Positions 60,701-64,000 of a stretch of 64,000 bases of DNA are shown here, piece by piece. The notes under the pieces are model-generated. The model worked only from the letters and a program-made list of their open reading frames with translations. It searched no databases and had not been told where the DNA came from. Source of the DNA: Yuukianura sp. NJ FZ-2021 (lineage: Eukaryota); contig JAJCTO010000011.1 of the NCBI GenBank assembly GCA_046563655.1, forward strand, positions 620,001 to 684,000, read 5' to 3'. The first letter of the stretch is position 1; each line of letters opens with the position of its first letter. Position numbers and translations under genes: made by a program.

Positions 60701-63700
60701 TCGACATGTGGCGAAAAGTGCGACAACTAGTGTGTTCCTAAGTAAAATACAGTAGCAGTTAGAGGTCAAATGTAACCAACAACGAGTACAAGCATGATAT
60801 TCAGCTGTCACGACTAGAGATAAAATTTTTTACATGTTGGCGTCATGGGGTCGTTCTGCAAAATTTTCTTTTAGTGCAATCGAGAGGTGCCAGGAATCGA
60901 CATGTGGCGAAAAGTGCGACAACTAGTGTGTTCCTAAGTAAAACACAGTAGCAGTTAGAGGTCAAATGTAACCAACAACGGGTACAAGCATGACATTCAG
61001 CTGTCATGACTAGAGATAGAATTTTTTACATGTTGGCGTCATGGGGTCGTTCTGCAAAATTTTCTTTTAGTGCAATCGAGAGGTGCCAGGAATCGACATG
61101 TGGCGAAAAGTGCGACAACTAGTGTGTTCCTAAGTAAAACACAGTAGCAGTTAGAGGTCAAATGTAACCAACAACGAGTACAAGCATGATATTCAGCTGT
61201 CATGACTAGAGATAAAAATTTTTACATGTTGGCGTCATGGGTCGTTCTGCAAAATTTTCTTTTAGTGCAATCGAGAGGTGCCAGGAATCGACATGTGGCG
61301 AAAAGGTGCGACAACTAGTGTGTTCCTTAGTAAAACACAGTAGCAGTTAGAGGTCAAATGTAACCAACAACGAGTACAAGCATGATATTCAGCTGTCATG
61401 ACTAGAGATAAAAATTTTTACATGTTGGCGTCATGGGGTCGTTCTGCAAAATTTTCTTTTAGTGCAATCGAGAGGTGCCAGGAATCGACATGTGGCGAAA
61501 AGTGCGACAACTAGTGTGTTCTTAAGTAAAACACAGTAGCAGTTAGAGGTCAAATGTAACCAACAACGAGTACAAGCATGATATTCAGCTGTCATGACTA
61601 GAGATAAAAAATTTTACATGTTGGCGTCATGGGGTCGTTCTGCAAAATTTTCTTTTAGTGCAATCGAGAGGTGCCAGGAATCGACATGTGGCGAAAGGTG
61701 CGACAACTAGTGTGTTCCTAAGTAAAACACAGTAGCAGTTAGAGGTCAAATGTAACCAACAACGGGTACAAGCATGATATTCAGCTGTCATGACTAGAGA
61801 TAAAAATTTTTACATGTTGGCGTCATGGGGTCGATCTGCAAAATTTTCTTTTAGTGCAATCGAGAGGTGCCATGAATCGACATGTGGCGAAAAGTGCGAC
61901 AACTAGTGTGTTCCTAAGTAAAACACAGTAGCAGTTAGAGGTCAAATGTAACCAACAACGAGTACAAGCATGATATTCAGCTGTCATGACTAGAGATAGA
62001 ATTTTTACATGTTGGCGTCATGGGGTCGTTCTGCAAAATTTTCTTTTAGTGCAATCGAGAGGTGCCAGGAATCGACATGTGGCGAAAAGTGCGACAACTA
62101 GTGTGTTCCTAAGTAAAACACAGTAGCAGTTAGAGGTCAAATGTAACCAACAACGAGTACAAGCATGATATTCAGCTGTCATGACTAGAGATAAAAATTT
62201 TTACATGTTGGCGTCATGGGGTCGTTCTGCAAAATTTTCTTTTAGTGCAATCGAGAGGTGCCAGGAATCGACATGTGGCGAAAGGTGCGACAACTAGTGT
62301 GTTCCTTAGTAAAACACAGTAGCAGTTAGAGGTCAAATGTAACCAACAACGAGTACAAGCATGATATTCGGCTGTCATGACTAGAGATAAAAATTTTTAC
62401 ATGTTGGCGTCATGGGGTCGTTCTGCAAAATTTTCTTTTAGTGCAATCGAGAGGTGCCAGGAATCGACATGTGGCGAAAAGTGCGACAACTAGTGTGTTC
62501 CTAAGTAAAACACAGTAGCAGTTAGAGGTCAAATGTAACCAACAACGAGTACAAGCATGATATTCAGCTGTCATGACTAGAGATAAAAAATTTTACATGT
62601 TGGCGTCATGGGGTCGTTCTGCAAAATTTTCTTTTAGTGCAATCGAGAGGTGCCAGGAATGGACATGTGGCGAAAAGGTGCGACAACTAGTGTGTTCCTA
62701 AGTAAAACACAGTAGCAGTTAGAGGTCAAATGTAACCAACAACGGGTACAAGCATGATATTCAGCTGTCATGACTAGAGATAAAAATTTTTACATGTTGG
62801 CGTCATGGGGTCGATTCTGCAAAATTTTCTTTTAGTGCAATCGAGAGGTGCCAGGAATCGACATGTGGCGAAAAGTGCGACAACTAGTGTGTTCCTAAGT
62901 AAAATACAGTAGCAGTTAGAGGTCAAATGTAACCAACAACGAGTACAAGCATGATATTCAGCTGTCATGACTAGAGATAAAAAATTTTACATGTTGGCGT
63001 CATGGGGTCGTTCTGCAAAATTTTCTTTTAGTGCAATCGAGAGGTGCCAGGAATCGACATGTGGCGAAAAGTGCGACAACTAGTGTGTTCCCAAGTAAAA
63101 CACAGTAGCAGTTAGAGGTCAAATGTAACCAACAACGAGTACAAGCATGATATTCAGCTGTCATGACTAGAGATAAAAATTTTTACATGTTGGCGTCATG
63201 GGGTCGTTCTGCAAAATTTTCTTTTAGTGCAATCGAGAGGTGCCAGGAATCGACATGTGGCGAAAAGTGCGACAACTAGTGTGTTCCTAAGTAAAACACA
63301 GTAGCAGTTAGAGGTCAAATGTAACCAACAACGAGTACAAGCATGATATTCAGCTGTCATGATTAGAGATAAAAATTTTTACATGTTGGCGTCATGGGGT
63401 CGTTCTGCAAAATTTTCTTTTAGTGCAATCGAGAGGTGCCAGGAATCGACATGTGGCGAAAGGTGCGACAACTAGTGTGTTCCTAAGTAAAACACAGTAG
63501 CAGTTAGAGGTCAAATGTAACCAACAACGAGTACAAGCATGATATTCAGCTGTCATGACTAGAGATAAAAATTTTTACATGTTGGCGTCATGGGGTCGTT
63601 CTGCAAAATTTTCTTTTAGTGCAATCGAGAGGTGCCAGGAATCGACATGTGGCGAAAGGTGCGACAACTAGTGTGTTCCTAAGTAAAACACAGTAGCAGT

Positions 63701-64000
63701 TAGAGGTCAAATGTAACCAACAACGAGTACAAGCATGATATTCGGCTGTCATGACTAGAGATAAAAATTTTTACATGCTGGCGTCACGGGGTCGTTCTGC
63801 AAAATTTTCTTTTAGTGCAATCGAGAGGTGCCAGGAATCGACATGTGGCGAAAAGTGCGACAACTAGTGTGTTCTTAAGTAAAACACAGTAGCAGTTAGA
63901 GGTCAAATGTAACCAACAACGAGTACAAGCATGATATTCAGCTGTCATGACTAGAGATAAAAATTTTTACATGTTGGCGTCATGGGGTCGTTCTGCAAAA
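54707..64000. repeat. Satellite 2, ~196-bp monomer, ~47 copies, continuing past the window end
   Basis: gagtac anchor at 54711, 54906, 55102 and onward (195-197 bp). No evident similarity to satellite 1. Confidence 0.98.

Noticed and set aside
50212..62968. Small ORFs in the LTRs and in satellite 2
   Set aside because: They arise from homopolymer-length variants or LTR/satellite junctions and have no coding signature.
4621..64000. CRISPR array or other prokaryotic defence system
   Set aside because: No unique spacers and no cas genes; units are full-length tandem copies in a eukaryotic TE context.
54707..64000. Satellite 2 as a tandem 5S rRNA, tRNA, snRNA or spliced-leader gene array
   Set aside because: I could not see a cloverleaf, Pol III boxes, Sm site or 5S similarity by eye; an Rfam scan would settle it.

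Overview
Eukaryotic, almost certainly animal, heterochromatic and possibly (peri)centromeric DNA. No intact host gene can be supported. 1-4.2 kb is a patchwork of small transposon relics (a 173-bp MITE, a 158-bp non-autonomous Helitron, minisatellites, promoter-like motifs). From about 4.18 kb a decayed Ty3/Gypsy integrase reading frame runs directly into a 43-kb higher-order satellite (4621-47789) built from three related units: A 235 bp, B 135 or ~152 bp, C 155 bp. Unit A still reads as the DD35E catalytic core (…NSEAERFIQTFK…), so the array looks to have arisen in situ from an integrase gene. It holds two copies of one 5'-truncated CR1/L2-group LINE, co-duplicated in a 9.2-kb block, and switches subfamily at about 38.95 kb. 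After a 100-N gap (47790-47889) lies an unrelated ~196-bp satellite with two copies of a 3.27-kb non-autonomous LTR retroelement (minus strand, tRNA-Arg-type PBS, 4-bp TSD, no pol). Its monomer contains a 15-bp exact match to that element's LTR-LTR junction. Nearly all short ORFs in the track are repeat artefacts. All homology calls are by-eye motif recognition; no searches were run.
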